64,000 nt of DNA from Cellvibrionales bacterium (GCA_041941365.1 JBGTQK010000003.1:7772-71771), one strand, 5' to 3'. Counted from the first letter of the stretch, positions 1 to 12,246 are shown. Translations and numbers: made by a program. Notes: a model not told the origin generated them from the letters alone.

Positions 1-323
1 AGTGGATAGATAAACAAAAGCTCGCAGATAGCGACCTGTTATTTGATATGCTAAAAGGTGACCAACGTTTTCGTGCAATGGTATGGGGGCATGTTCATCA
101 GGAATTTTGTGAAGAAGATCCGCGTTGCCCTGGTGCAAAAATGATTTCGACGCCTTCAACCTGTATACAATTTGCGCCTGATAATAAAGATTTTAAAATT
201 GATGATAAGCTTCCAGGCTATCGCAACTTCGAATTTTTTCCGGATGGTACTTTTAAAACAGATGTTGTGCGTCTGGATGGTTGCATCGATCTTGAAATCG
301 ATTATGCAACGACAGGCTACTGA
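1..323 (+). CDS. cpdA: 3',5'-cyclic-nucleotide phosphodiesterase CpdA, C-terminal fragment (5' end lies outside the window)
   Basis: The frame is open from the window edge (phase of nt 3) to the stop at 321-323. It contains the metallophosphoesterase motif WGHVHQE. It is followed by yqiA-parE, as in the enteric cpdA-yqiA-parE arrangement. Confidence 0.8.
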   Translation, partial: WIDKQKLADSDLLFDMLKGDQRFRAMVWGHVHQEFCEEDPRCPGAKMISTPSTCIQFAPDNKDFKIDDKLPGYRNFEFFPDGTFKTDVVRLDGCIDLEIDYATTGY

Positions 324-354
324 TTTATTTTTATAATAAGGTTAAAAGTAATAT

Positions 355-927
355 TTGAAATCACTCATTTACCTTCATGGGTTTAATAGTTCAGCTAAAT
401 CAAAAAAAGCTGTTTCATTAGGTAAGTGGATTGTTGAAAATGATCTTCCAATAAATTATATCGTTCCTGAATTGCCATGGCGGCCTACTGACGCTATTAC
501 TGGCATCAAGTCGATTATTGAAGAATCACAGGGGCATATTGCACTTATTGGTAGCTCACTGGGTGGTTACTATGCCAATTACTTATCAGAAAATTTCAAC
601 ATTAAAGCTGTATTAATTAATCCGGCAGTATATCCGGCGCTTTTGCTAAAAAGTTATTTGGGCAAGCAGGAAAACCCTTATACTCGGGAAGTTTATTATT
701 TATCTCTTGAGCATATGGAAGAGCTGGAAAAGCTCTTTATTAATAAAATGATTTCACCTGAAAACCGTAAAGTTCTATTGCAAACAGGCGATGAAACGTT
801 AGATTATCGTGAAGCTGAAAAATATTATAAATCTTCAGACTGTATTGTAGAACAAGGTGGCGATCATAGTTTCCAGAATATTGAAAAACATTTTAACGAC
901 ATTATTCAGTTTTTAGAATTGAAATAA
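355..927 (+). CDS. yqiA: YqiA-family esterase (alpha/beta hydrolase, UPF0227)
   Basis: TTG start. The N-terminus LIYLHGFNSS and the nucleophile elbow GSSLGG are typical of YqiA. It sits between cpdA and parE. Confidence 0.8.
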   Translation: MKSLIYLHGFNSSAKSKKAVSLGKWIVENDLPINYIVPELPWRPTDAITGIKSIIEESQGHIALIGSSLGGYYANYLSENFNIKAVLINPAVYPALLLKSYLGKQENPYTREVYYLSLEHMEELEKLFINKMISPENRKVLLQTGDETLDYREAEKYYKSSDCIVEQGGDHSFQNIEKHFNDIIQFLELK

Positions 928-961
928 GCGCTAAACTGTTTGTAAAATTTAAACCACATAA

Positions 962-2866
<1,905 letters not shown>

Positions 2867-2958
2867 GCGTCTTTAATACTATGTTACAAAGCTTATATTC
2901 AAATGAGAACTTAAAAAGCACTTTCAATTTTTAGATTGAATCAAAATGAGGTGAAGTA

Positions 2959-3441
2959 ATGGTTAGTCGTTCTATTCAATCAATAACATTTATTCTATTA
3001 ACGTTTTTTTTGGCCTCTTGCCAGACAATAACAGAAAATATGAATACCCCGGAAGTGTCGCTGGTTAATATATCGCAAGGCGAGCGAGTGGGTTTTCAGC
3101 AAAATTTCAACCTTAGCTTAAAAGTGACTAACCCGAATGCTAAAGCATTGAGCCTGGTTGGTTTAACCTATGAGTTACAGCTTGATGGTTTTGATCTGAT
3201 AAAAGGTGCAGCAAATGATGTTCCTCAAATTGCAGGCTATAGTGATGCGTTAGTTGATGTGCAAGCAACTATAGGGTTTATTGAAGGTATGCAGTTTCTA
3301 AACTCACTATTTTCAAAAAATCAGCCTGAACTGGACTATAAGCTTAAGGTGAATCTTGATACAGGGCTTCCAATAATTGGTGTGATTCCAGTGGTAAATG
3401 ATGGTGCGATAGATCTAAGTAAATTTATGGAAAAAAACTAA
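2959..3441 (+). CDS. LEA type-2 / WHy-domain lipoprotein
   Basis: Lipobox LLTFFLASC is followed by a beta-rich domain (LSLKVTNPN...LTYELQLDG) that resembles LEA_2 family proteins. Confidence 0.6.
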   Translation: MVSRSIQSITFILLTFFLASCQTITENMNTPEVSLVNISQGERVGFQQNFNLSLKVTNPNAKALSLVGLTYELQLDGFDLIKGAANDVPQIAGYSDALVDVQATIGFIEGMQFLNSLFSKNQPELDYKLKVNLDTGLPIIGVIPVVNDGAIDLSKFMEKN

Positions 3442-3518
3442 CGAAAAGTTAGATGTCAGTCTGATAAAGTTTTTATACTTGAATTTCATTCGGGATAATT
3501 GATCTTACATTTTTATTT

Positions 3519-3800
3519 CTAGCTATCACATGGTGCCGGACGATCTTCTGTGCATCCCCAGCCTGGAAAACAAGCGCCGACAGTGCGTTTAGCGCCATTA
3601 ACTGGACATGTTTTCTGGACAAACCAGGCGCATTTTGTAGGGCACCAGCCTGCTGGCAAGTCTGTATTAATATCTGAAGATTCAGGGTTCTGATCGAGTT
3701 GAGCGCCTATCTGCAATGCGAGCCAGGCAAGAAGTAAAATAGCTATTCCCGCAATGACTGGAATGAGACCTATACCACGCTGACGAGTTATTAATTTCAT
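3519..3800 (-). CDS. Small hypothetical protein with a prepilin-like or signal-anchor N-terminus and a 6-Cys C-terminal domain
   Basis: The ORF runs 3519-3809. The second ATG (3800) has an AAAGGA Shine-Dalgarno about 8 nt upstream. The product starts MKLITRQRG|IGLIPVIAGIAILLL and is followed by a 58-aa region with 6 Cys. Confidence 0.5.
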   Translation of the reverse strand: MKLITRQRGIGLIPVIAGIAILLLAWLALQIGAQLDQNPESSDINTDLPAGWCPTKCAWFVQKTCPVNGAKRTVGACFPGWGCTEDRPAPCDS

Positions 3801-3893
3801 AGCATTCATCCTTTACTTTTCCGTTGTTGAAATTTCAGTCTTTTTAATCACTTGTATTTTTATTTTTAGTTGCCGCTTAGCAATAAAACTCTA

Positions 3894-4472
3894 TTAGGCT
3901 GCATTTAATCCTAATTTAAATGCCTGATTCAACCATTTTTTTCTTTGACCTTCATTAGATTTAATTAACGCACCAAATTCTGTCAGTTTCACCGGCTTTA
4001 TTCCACAAAATTCAAGTACGGTTCTTTTCATCATTTTATGAGCTGGTGCCCCATATATCCATTTGAAATACCAGGTTGGGGTATCCATGGTAACAATTAA
4101 TCTTGCCGACCTTCCTTTGAGTAGTTGTTTAGGCAATGTATCGCCTTTGTCATATTTGAAAGCAAAACCTGGTAATAAAATTCTATCCAGGGCACCTTTT
4201 AATAATGCCGGTACTGAACCCCACCAGACAGGATAAACAAATACCAAATGGTTAGCAGCGCTTAATTCATTTTTTAAATTATCCAGATCTGGTTCTAATT
4301 CCTGAATAACATCATAGCCTGACCTTGTAACAGGATCAAAATCAAGTTTTGAAAGATGTACAAGCTTGACTTCATAGCCTGAATCCCTGGCACCCTTTGC
4401 GTAGCTTTCAGCTAATTGATGACAAAAGCTGTTTTCTTTGGAATTTCCATTAATGATGAGAATTTTTTTCAT
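3894..4472 (-). CDS. NAD(P)H-dependent oxidoreductase, Flavodoxin_2 (KefF/MdaB-like) family
   Basis: N-terminal KILIINGNSKENSF and the overall 192-aa layout are typical of flavodoxin-like-fold quinone reductases. Confidence 0.75.
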   Translation of the reverse strand: MKKILIINGNSKENSFCHQLAESYAKGARDSGYEVKLVHLSKLDFDPVTRSGYDVIQELEPDLDNLKNELSAANHLVFVYPVWWGSVPALLKGALDRILLPGFAFKYDKGDTLPKQLLKGRSARLIVTMDTPTWYFKWIYGAPAHKMMKRTVLEFCGIKPVKLTEFGALIKSNEGQRKKWLNQAFKLGLNAA

Positions 4473-4542
4473 GACTACATAAATTTGTTAGATTCAACTT
4501 TATTATTTAGATTGCACAAGTAAAAACAAGGAGAAAGCACTT

Positions 4543-4938
4543 TTATAAATTAACTATACCAGAGTATATGCTTAACATGCTTGCACAGCCCAGTGCCAAT
4601 AATGAAAGTGCAATACCAGCGCTACGTCCAAAAACATAATCTGGAGTGAATGCCAGGGCATAGCCATGTAGAACGCGGCCAATTAAAAGAGTGGAGCCAA
4701 TGGTATGTATGACCCAGCTAGCTTGCCCTGAGATTTCAAGAAAACCGATTAGCATTAGTGTGATTGGAACATATTCGGCGAAATTGCCATGGCCTCTTAT
4801 GCGCCGAAGCATATTGCTGTCACCGCCATCTCCCAGGCTAGGATTTCCTTTACCTGTTCTACCCGATATAACCCTGATACTTAGAATCAGAAACCAAAAA
4901 GCCAATAGACCTGCGTAAAGCAGAGTAATAGTAATCAT
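4543..4938 (-). CDS. MAPEG-family inner membrane protein (YecN-like)
   Basis: 131 aa with 3-4 TM segments. The motif GDGG...RIRGHGNFAEYVPI aligns with E. coli YecN and the MAPEG family. Confidence 0.75.
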   Translation of the reverse strand: MITITLLYAGLLAFWFLILSIRVISGRTGKGNPSLGDGGDSNMLRRIRGHGNFAEYVPITLMLIGFLEISGQASWVIHTIGSTLLIGRVLHGYALAFTPDYVFGRSAGIALSLLALGCASMLSIYSGIVNL

Positions 4939-4979
4939 AGTGTCTCTCTAACATCTATATTGCTGTAATATTCAGGTCT

Positions 4980-5753
4980 TTAAGTTTCAACAAAGGCGCG
5001 CTCTATAACATAATGCCCCAGGTTACCATTACGTGCTTCTTTAAAACCGCGATCATCCAGTATCTTGCAAGTATCTTTAAGCATGCTAGGACTGCCGCAT
5101 AACATAAACCGATCATCATTCACATTGGGCTTAGGCATGCCCAAGTCTAAAAATAATTTTCCAGAAGTCATTAGATCGGTGAGGCGGCCATTGTTTATAT
5201 AAGGCTCACGAGTCACCGTTGGATAATACAGTAGTTTTTGTTGAATGATCTCACCGAAATATTCATTGTTGGGAAGTTCATTTTGTATGTAATCACTGTA
5301 CGCCAGTTCAGAAACAGAACGAACACCATGGGTTAGAATGATTTTATCAAATTGCTCGTAGACTTCAGGATCTTTAATAATGCTCATAAAAGGAGCAAGG
5401 CCTGTCCCCGTGCTTATCAGATAGAGGTGTTTACCTGGAAGCATCGGGTCGGTGACTAATGTACCGGTAGGTTTTTTTCCAACATAGACTTCATCGCCCA
5501 CACGAAGGTTTTGCAGTTTCGAAGTGAGTGGGCCTTCTGGGACTTTAATACTAAAGAACTCGAGCTCTTCTTCGTAATTAGCGCTGGCTATACTATAAGC
5601 CCGGAGTAAGGGCTTACCTTCATTTTCCAGCCCCATCATCACAAAATGACCATTTTTAAAACGAAAGCCCATATCGCGCGTTGTTCGAAAACTAAATAGG
5701 CTTTCGTTCCAGTGATGAACATGAGTAACGGTTTCAGTCATTAATTTAGACAT
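4980..5753 (-). CDS. fpr: Ferredoxin--NADP(+) reductase
   Basis: 257 aa and near-collinear with Pseudomonas Fpr (HHWN..LFSF, RAYSIAS, LSTGTGLAPF, MLCGSPSM, YVIERAFVE). Confidence 0.9.
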   Translation of the reverse strand: MSKLMTETVTHVHHWNESLFSFRTTRDMGFRFKNGHFVMMGLENEGKPLLRAYSIASANYEEELEFFSIKVPEGPLTSKLQNLRVGDEVYVGKKPTGTLVTDPMLPGKHLYLISTGTGLAPFMSIIKDPEVYEQFDKIILTHGVRSVSELAYSDYIQNELPNNEYFGEIIQQKLLYYPTVTREPYINNGRLTDLMTSGKLFLDLGMPKPNVNDDRFMLCGSPSMLKDTCKILDDRGFKEARNGNLGHYVIERAFVET

Positions 5754-5870
5754 GACAGAGTTGCTCCAAATTGGTTAATTGATTAGCAGATAATAGGGCA
5801 GGCTTTTAAATAAGTAAAATTGATTGTTTTTATAATATATATTGATAAAATAGATATAAAGAATGGAGGC

Positions 5871-5896
5871 AAAAAAAGGCCAGCTTATTGCTGGCC
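5871..5896 (-). terminator. Rho-independent terminator downstream of the YHS-domain gene
   Basis: Stem GGCCAGC / GCTGGCC with a 5-nt loop. On the minus strand it is followed by a run of 7 T, and it lies 44 nt after the stop. Confidence 0.65.
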
Positions 5897-5939
5897 AAAG
5901 TACTACAGGGGCTAAATTGTATTGATGAAGACGAAGTCG

Positions 5940-6425
5940 TTACTCGAGAACTTTTGGCCAGTTGCTATTGGCTTTTTGAATAAACTCATCACGTTTTTTG
6001 TTCCACTTTTTTTGGACACCTTTGCTGTAATTCAAATAAAGTTTATCGTTAACAATGGTCCAGGCATTGGGGTCAATTTTTGCTGTGTAGCCTTTAGCGA
6101 CAGCATAAGAGCAATAACCACCGTATTGAGGCGCATATTTTTCAGGCGCTTGTATGAAAAGGTCCCGATTTTTTTCTGAACTAAAGTACCAGGTAGCACC
6201 TTGCCATTCATGGGAGATATTTTTATTGCCTTTGACAGCTTTATCACCAGGCTGCAAAGAGAAGTAAGCCACAGGGTCGGTACCCTTAATTGCACCAGAC
6301 TTTTTATGACTATAAACAGGGTTTTCTTTCGCATAGGCAGCAGGCAAGTTAAAAGCCATAGCAAAGGAGAAGAGCATTAAAAGGAATGTTTTTAAAGTAA
6401 ACAGGGTTTTCATAGTTTTATCCAA
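5940..6425 (-). CDS. YHS domain-containing periplasmic protein (Cys form of a family that includes selenoproteins)
   Basis: Signal peptide is present. Motifs GTDPVAYF, HEWQGATWYFSS..NRDLF and PQYGGYCSYAV are typical of the YHS-domain (seleno)protein family. The start may be the MKTLF codon at 6413. Confidence 0.7.
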   Translation of the reverse strand: MDKTMKTLFTLKTFLLMLFSFAMAFNLPAAYAKENPVYSHKKSGAIKGTDPVAYFSLQPGDKAVKGNKNISHEWQGATWYFSSEKNRDLFIQAPEKYAPQYGGYCSYAVAKGYTAKIDPNAWTIVNDKLYLNYSKGVQKKWNKKRDEFIQKANSNWPKVLE

Positions 6426-6521
6426 GGGTTGTTAAAGTCAGTAACATGGTTAATGAGAGTGGAGCCGTAGAAAAAGGTTCCATTTAAATTGAAAAATTTA
6501 TTAAAGAGGGGTGAATGTAAA

Positions 6522-7403
6522 ATGAAGTTTACTTTGCGGCAGATAGAGGTTTTTCTTGCGACCGCTGTTCACAAAAATATCAGCAAAGCTGCAAATGAGT
6601 TATCTATGTCGCAGTCTGCTGCTACTTGTGCATTAAAGGATTTTGAAGAGCGCTATAACACTCAGGTTTTTGATCGTATAGGAAAACGGCTCGTGATTAA
6701 TGAACAAGGGAAAAAGTTGTTACCAGAAGCTGAAGCACTATTAAGCAAAGCAAAAGAGTTAGAGAGTGTATTAATAGATGATACAGAACAGGGTGCAATA
6801 AATATTGGTGCGACATTAACTATAGGTAATTATATTGCTGTGCCTTTAGTTGCAAAATACAAAAGAACATATCCTGGGATCACAGCAAATTTACATATCG
6901 CCAATACCAGCAGAATTGTTAACGAAGTACTTAACTTTGAAATGGATATTGGTTTGATTGAAGGTGAGTTTTCCCATAAAGATTTGGAAATTGTAAAATG
7001 GTTTGACGATGAACTGATTGTTTTTGTTGCACCAGAGCATGAGTATGCAAAGGAAAAGGAATTAAAAGACAGTGATATTGTGTTAGCCGAATGGATATTA
7101 CGGGAAAAGGGCTCAGGAACACGTCAGACTTTTGATCGTGCAATGCAGGGATTACAGAATCAACTCAATATATTTATGGAATTGGAGTATACAGAGGCAA
7201 TATTACAGGCCGTAGAACAAGGAGAAGGCGTTGGTTGTCTATCACGTATATGTGTTGAGGATGCTATTAGAGATGGACGCCTAATTGAATTAAAGTTAAA
7301 AAAACGTAGTATGAAGCGCAGTTTTTATCGCGTAGTGCATAAGAAAAAATACATATCAAATAGCCTAAAACGTTGGATATCTCTGATAGAGCGCTACCAT
7401 TAA
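6522..7403 (+). CDS. LysR-family transcriptional regulator
   Basis: An N-terminal wHTH (LRQIEVFLATAVHKNISKAANELSMSQSA) precedes a LysR substrate-binding domain. The ORF opens at 6489, but MKFTLRQIEVF at 6522 matches typical LysR N-termini. It is divergent from the YHS gene. Confidence 0.85.
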   Translation: MKFTLRQIEVFLATAVHKNISKAANELSMSQSAATCALKDFEERYNTQVFDRIGKRLVINEQGKKLLPEAEALLSKAKELESVLIDDTEQGAINIGATLTIGNYIAVPLVAKYKRTYPGITANLHIANTSRIVNEVLNFEMDIGLIEGEFSHKDLEIVKWFDDELIVFVAPEHEYAKEKELKDSDIVLAEWILREKGSGTRQTFDRAMQGLQNQLNIFMELEYTEAILQAVEQGEGVGCLSRICVEDAIRDGRLIELKLKKRSMKRSFYRVVHKKKYISNSLKRWISLIERYH

Positions 7404-7425
7404 TTTGCAAAATACATTAGAGGTC

Positions 7426-8082
7426 TTAGAAAGGAACTGAAGAGCTAAAAGATATCTCTTTTTGTGTAATCGGATGGGTAAACTGAAGCGTTGTTGCATG
7501 AAGCATTAACCTTTTAGCAGGAGTATTATTTAAGGCATAAAAGTGATCCCCAACAATGGGGTGCTTTATCCATTGCATATGAACTCTAAGTTGATGGGAA
7601 CGACCTGTTATTGGTGTTAAACATACGCGTGTTATTTTATTCTTAACAGCCAGTACTTCATAGTAAGTTTGAGCGTGTCTGCCATTAAGTAAATCAATTT
7701 TTTGTCGGGGTCGATTGGGCCAGTCACAGATAATAGGTAGCTCAATAAAGCCGTTAGTCTCTTGCATGATTCCATGTGTAAGAGCGGTATAGGTTTTTTT
7801 TGTTTCTCTTTTTTCAAATTGAGTATTGAGATGGCGAAGAGCATTTTTATTTTTTGTAACAACCATTAAGCCTGATGTGACGCGATCCAGTCTGTGAGTT
7901 ATATGAATTTCAGGAAATTCCTGAACCAGGCGTGAATAGACACTATCGTTATTTTGAGGGTCTTTGCCAGGTACAGACAATAACCCGGCTGGTTTATCGA
8001 TAACAATAATATTGCTATCTTCATAGACTTTTTCTATACATTCATTACAGGGTGGTGCAATAAACGGTTTATTTTCTTCCAT
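7426..8082 (-). CDS. rluA: RluA-family 23S rRNA/tRNA pseudouridine synthase
   Basis: 218 aa and collinear with E. coli RluA (KPAGLLSVPG, HRLDRVTSG, ICDWPNRP, ITGRSHQLRVH). Confidence 0.85.
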   Translation of the reverse strand: MEENKPFIAPPCNECIEKVYEDSNIIVIDKPAGLLSVPGKDPQNNDSVYSRLVQEFPEIHITHRLDRVTSGLMVVTKNKNALRHLNTQFEKRETKKTYTALTHGIMQETNGFIELPIICDWPNRPRQKIDLLNGRHAQTYYEVLAVKNKITRVCLTPITGRSHQLRVHMQWIKHPIVGDHFYALNNTPAKRLMLHATTLQFTHPITQKEISFSSSVPF

Positions 8083-8105
8083 GAGTTAAACGAAAAGATT
8101 TTTAT

Positions 8106-9434
8106 TTAGTTGAGTTTTAATAGGCCGATACTATTTAAAAATACTATGATAACCGCGAGGGGAGTAATGAAGCGCAATATAACCATCCATAAATTAAATA
8201 AGAATGAGTTGATGTCATCAATTTCTTTGCGAATACGTGTGTACCCAAGTTTCCAGCCAACAAATATCGCAATGAATAAACCGCCTAACGGTAACATAAT
8301 ATTTGAAGTTATATAATCCAGACTATCAAATACTTCACTAGAGTAAATGCAGGCGATACCTCCTGCCCAGCACAAAAGACCTAAACCAATAACAGATATC
8401 CAGCGTTTTATACCAATTTTTTCTAACCAGGCTATACCGGGTTCAATCAGAGAGATTGATGAGCTTAAAGCGGCTATGGAAACAAGAATAAAGAAACCTG
8501 CGCCAAAGATATCTCCGTTAGACATGCCAGAAAAAGCAATAGGTAGCGTTTCAAATAATAAACCAGGGCCTGAGCCTGGAACCAGGTCACTGGCAAAAAC
8601 CAAAGGAAAAATAATGAGTCCCGCAACAAGTGCTATTAATGTATCCAGAAATGCGACAGTAAGGGTTGCGCCTGGAATAGAAACATTTTTAGGCATATAG
8701 GAACCGTAGGCCATCACTGTACCCATACCTAAACTTAATGTAAAAAATGCATGCCCCATAGCCGTTAATACAGACTTATTACTCAGCCTTGAAAAGTCGG
8801 CATTAAACATAAACGTTATGGCTTCGTGAAAGTTGCCTTGTTGATAAGAGTATCCCAGTAAAATAAAGAGCAGAATAAACAGGATAGGCATCAGAATATC
8901 AACTGCCATACCAATGCCACGAGTTACTCCAAAGCCAACAATAAATAGTGTTATAAAAAGGAATACACTATGCCAAATCATTTGCTGAGTTTGATCCTTA
9001 TATAAAACAGAGAAACCAGAAGCGATTTCTTTTGGATCTTTACCCAGATAGGCTCCTGAGAAACTTTGTTGAATATATTCCAGAGCCCATCCTGCGACAA
9101 CACTGTAATACATTAAAATCATAATGCCGGCAGCAACCCCCATGATGCCAATTAAAGACCATGCTTTATGGCTGTTTGAGTCTGAACTGTTTTTTAACAT
9201 GGCGTGAACGGGGTTGTTTCTTCCTCTTCTTCCTAACATTACTTCCCCAATCATAATCGGTATCCCTAACAACAAAATACAGGCGAGATATACAAGTACA
9301 AAAGCTCCTCCACCATTTTCTCCTGTTATGTAAGGAAACTTCCAGATATTGCCTAAACCAACGGCAGCACCGGTGGTTGCCATAATAAAAGTAAAGCGGT
9401 TCTTCCAGACGGGGTTAGAAGTGTTTTCTTGCAT
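8106..9434 (-). CDS. Sodium-dependent transporter, SNF (neurotransmitter:sodium symporter) family
   Basis: 442 aa and polytopic. It carries the N-terminal NSS signature GAAVGLGNIWKFPY. Confidence 0.85.
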   Translation of the reverse strand: MQENTSNPVWKNRFTFIMATTGAAVGLGNIWKFPYITGENGGGAFVLVYLACILLLGIPIMIGEVMLGRRGRNNPVHAMLKNSSDSNSHKAWSLIGIMGVAAGIMILMYYSVVAGWALEYIQQSFSGAYLGKDPKEIASGFSVLYKDQTQQMIWHSVFLFITLFIVGFGVTRGIGMAVDILMPILFILLFILLGYSYQQGNFHEAITFMFNADFSRLSNKSVLTAMGHAFFTLSLGMGTVMAYGSYMPKNVSIPGATLTVAFLDTLIALVAGLIIFPLVFASDLVPGSGPGLLFETLPIAFSGMSNGDIFGAGFFILVSIAALSSSISLIEPGIAWLEKIGIKRWISVIGLGLLCWAGGIACIYSSEVFDSLDYITSNIMLPLGGLFIAIFVGWKLGYTRIRKEIDDINSFLFNLWMVILRFITPLAVIIVFLNSIGLLKLN

Positions 9435-9613
9435 AATTAATAATTTTACGTTTTATGAAAAGGATAATATGGGGAGAGATTTTAAAACTGGCTAATATAT
9501 GGTGCAAGCTAATAATTCTTATAATGTTATGAGCAGATAATGAAGCTGCAATATTTGCTATAAGAAAAAAATTGCTAGTTCAATAGTAATTTGTAATTTA
9601 ATAGAATATAGCG

Positions 9614-10006
9614 TTATCTTGTTAATGCCTTTAATACATCGTGCCTTGAAACTATCCCAACAAGCTGTCCTGCTTCTACAACTGGCATCATTCGCCTTTT
9701 TTTCGAAATCAGTATTTCACTGATTTCACCTATTTCAGTTTCGGGGGATACTGTGTCTACCTTGTTTGACATTAGATCTTTAACTAAAGCTGATCCCTCG
9801 TTATAGTAACCTTCCTGAACGGTTTCCTTCATGCAGTCGGCCTCAGAAAGCAGGCCAACCATTTGCATATTACTATCTACAACAGGAGCTGCAGATTGAT
9901 GATATTCAAGTAGGGTTTTTACTGCGGAGATAATTTCCTGTTCGGGCTTTAAAGTGGCATAGTGTTTGGCCATAACATCACGAACTACTCTTGTTTTGAT
10001 ATTCAT
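9614..10006 (-). CDS. CBS-domain pair protein
   Basis: 130 aa with two CBS repeats (VRDVM...PVVD; VKDLM...MPVVE..LVGIVSRHDVL). Confidence 0.8.
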   Translation of the reverse strand: MNIKTRVVRDVMAKHYATLKPEQEIISAVKTLLEYHQSAAPVVDSNMQMVGLLSEADCMKETVQEGYYNEGSALVKDLMSNKVDTVSPETEIGEISEILISKKRRMMPVVEAGQLVGIVSRHDVLKALTR

Positions 10007-10136
10007 AATTCATTTCCTACGCAGAAATACTTTTTCTTAATATCGGTGTTACTGCTTGTTACTTGAGCCCTTAACCATATCCTTTATTTTTGTTTTTTGT
10101 CAAACAAAATATAGTCTTGTTGAAAAGATAAACGCC

Positions 10137-10835
10137 TTATTGGGTGAAAAAAACCATATCTCGCACATTGTGCCCCAATTTAATGCCTCTACGTTCGAAT
10201 TTTGTTTCTGGTCGGCCATATTCTTCAGGGTCTACGAAGGTTTTGGTGCCTGCTATATTTTTAATAAAAGGGTGCGAATTTACTGTTTCCAGAACATGTT
10301 CGGCGTAAGGCTCCCAGTCTGTAGCGATATGTAATATACCATTTTTAATTAGCTTGCTATATAAAAGTGTTAGAAAATCATGCTGGATTAAGCGACGTTT
10401 ATGATGACGCTTTTTATGCCATGGGTCAGGAAAGTAAATATTTACCCTGCTAAGTTGGTGGTTTTTTATTTCGTACTTTAGTACCTCAACCGCATCGTGA
10501 CAATAGACACGAATGTTAGTTAAAGATTTTTTTTCTATCAAATTAAGTAGGCGGCCAACACCTGCCTGATGAACTTCGATGCCAATAAAATTCTCATCAG
10601 GCGTGCTTTCTGCCATGCTGGCAAGAGAGTCCCCCATGCCAAAACCAATTTCAAGGTTGAGTTTATTTTTGTTACCAAAAAGGAGTTCAAAATTTTTTAT
10701 TTTTTTATCGTATTCTATACCCCAAAGGGAAATATTTTTGTTATAGGCAGCTCGTTGAGATTCAGTCATCCGCCCGCTTCGTATAACAAAACTTCTGATT
10801 TTCCGTTGAGCGGTCTCAGAGAAAGAATTTGGCAT
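10137..10835 (-). CDS. trmB: tRNA (guanine46-N7)-methyltransferase
   Basis: Motifs LEIGFGMG, GIEVH and FPDPWHKKRHHKRR are diagnostic of TrmB. Confidence 0.9.
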   Translation of the reverse strand: MPNSFSETAQRKIRSFVIRSGRMTESQRAAYNKNISLWGIEYDKKIKNFELLFGNKNKLNLEIGFGMGDSLASMAESTPDENFIGIEVHQAGVGRLLNLIEKKSLTNIRVYCHDAVEVLKYEIKNHQLSRVNIYFPDPWHKKRHHKRRLIQHDFLTLLYSKLIKNGILHIATDWEPYAEHVLETVNSHPFIKNIAGTKTFVDPEEYGRPETKFERRGIKLGHNVRDMVFFTQ

Positions 10836-10851
10836 ATTGAGAAAAAGAAAA

Positions 10852-11247
10852 TTAATTAAAAGTATGCTTGCTAATACCTATAGCAAGTAATAGCCACCCT
10901 AAAATAAAACTAACACCACCAATAGGTGTTATTAATCCGATAGGAAAATGCCCCAAGGTACGTATTTCACTTAAAGCCAGTGTATATAAAGAGCCAGAAA
11001 ATAAAAAGATGCCAGTTGTGAATAAAAAGCCAGCAGAAATAACAAATTTATTATTGATAGATTGACTAAGAAAGAGCGCTAAAAAAAGTAATGCAAGACT
11101 ATGCAAAAACTGGTAGTGAACGCCAGTTTCGAAAGTGTTTAGCAGATTTTCTGGAAGTTTTGATTTTAGCCCATGAGCTGCAAAGGCACCAAGGAGAACC
11201 GATATCATGCTGCTTAAGCAGGCAAACAGCATGAACCCCTTTACCAT
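10852..11247 (-). CDS. DUF423 (YgdD-like) membrane protein
   Basis: 131 aa with 4 TM segments. GAFAAHGLK and the HYQFLH motif are typical of DUF423. Confidence 0.75.
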   Translation of the reverse strand: MVKGFMLFACLSSMISVLLGAFAAHGLKSKLPENLLNTFETGVHYQFLHSLALLFLALFLSQSINNKFVISAGFLFTTGIFLFSGSLYTLALSEIRTLGHFPIGLITPIGGVSFILGWLLLAIGISKHTFN

Positions 11248-11275
11248 TATAATAGCTTTATCTGGAAAAAAAGAG

Positions 11276-12142
11276 TTAGGTCATCGCCTCTAGCATATGT
11301 GCTTTCAGTTTTTTCATTGCATTTTTTTCCAGCTGTCGAATACGCTCTGCAGATACACCATATTGGTCAGCCAGATCATGTAGAGTGGCTTTGTTGTCTT
11401 CATTAAGCCATCGAGCAGCAAGAATATTCTGACTGCGTTCATCAAGGGTTTTAAGCGCTTCACTTAACAGAGTAGCTTGTTGTTCGTTCCAATTGTCACC
11501 TTCACAAAGTGCAGCAGGATCAGCGTTAGAGTCTTCCAGGAAGTATGCAGGCGCCTGACTTGCTTGCTCATCATCTGCATCTGCTGGAGCATCAAAACCC
11601 AGGTCAAAAGATGTTAGCCTGCCTTCCATCTGGCGAACATCTGCCTCGCTAACACCTAAGTCGTTAGCAATGGCTTTAGTTTCGTCGTTAGTTAACCAGG
11701 CAAGGCTTTTTTTGGCGCTACGCAGATTAAAGAATAACTTTCTTTGCGCTTTGGTTGTTGCAATTTTAACGATGCGCCAGTTTTTTAGAATGTATTCATG
11801 AATTTCGGCTTTTATCCAGTGAACAGCAAATGAAACGAGCCTAACTCCTTTTGTAGGGTCAAAACGTTTTACAGCTTTCATCAGGCCGACATTGCCTTCC
11901 TGAATCAAGTCTGCTAAACCCAGTCCGTACCCGTTATAAGATTTGGCGATGTGTACAACGAATCGAAGGTGGGAGAGAATGAGTTCTCTTGCAGCGTTAA
12001 GGTTTCCGGATTCAACAAATTCAGTTGCCAGCTGTTGCTCACGCTCCTGGCTAAGTACATCAAAACTGCTTACAGAAGAAACGTAGGCATTTATGCTGCT
12101 GCCAGGCGTTAGAACTGGAATTGTTTGCAGTTGTGTCGTCAT
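11276..12142 (-). CDS. rpoH: RNA polymerase sigma-32 (heat-shock sigma factor)
   Basis: 288 aa. The RpoH box-like segment [11 protein letters not shown] and sigma regions 2 and 4 are present. It lies downstream of ftsYEX, as in E. coli. Confidence 0.93.
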   Translation of the reverse strand: MTTQLQTIPVLTPGSSINAYVSSVSSFDVLSQEREQQLATEFVESGNLNAARELILSHLRFVVHIAKSYNGYGLGLADLIQEGNVGLMKAVKRFDPTKGVRLVSFAVHWIKAEIHEYILKNWRIVKIATTKAQRKLFFNLRSAKKSLAWLTNDETKAIANDLGVSEADVRQMEGRLTSFDLGFDAPADADDEQASQAPAYFLEDSNADPAALCEGDNWNEQQATLLSEALKTLDERSQNILAARWLNEDNKATLHDLADQYGVSAERIRQLEKNAMKKLKAHMLEAMT

Positions 12143-12246
12143 TTTAATTTACCACCCTAGGTCGTTTATAATTTAGACGGGATATCGCTGGTAAGCCTTT
12201 TGAATGGCCAAGCCGCCTAAGCACTACTATTTTAGCACTCTCAATC

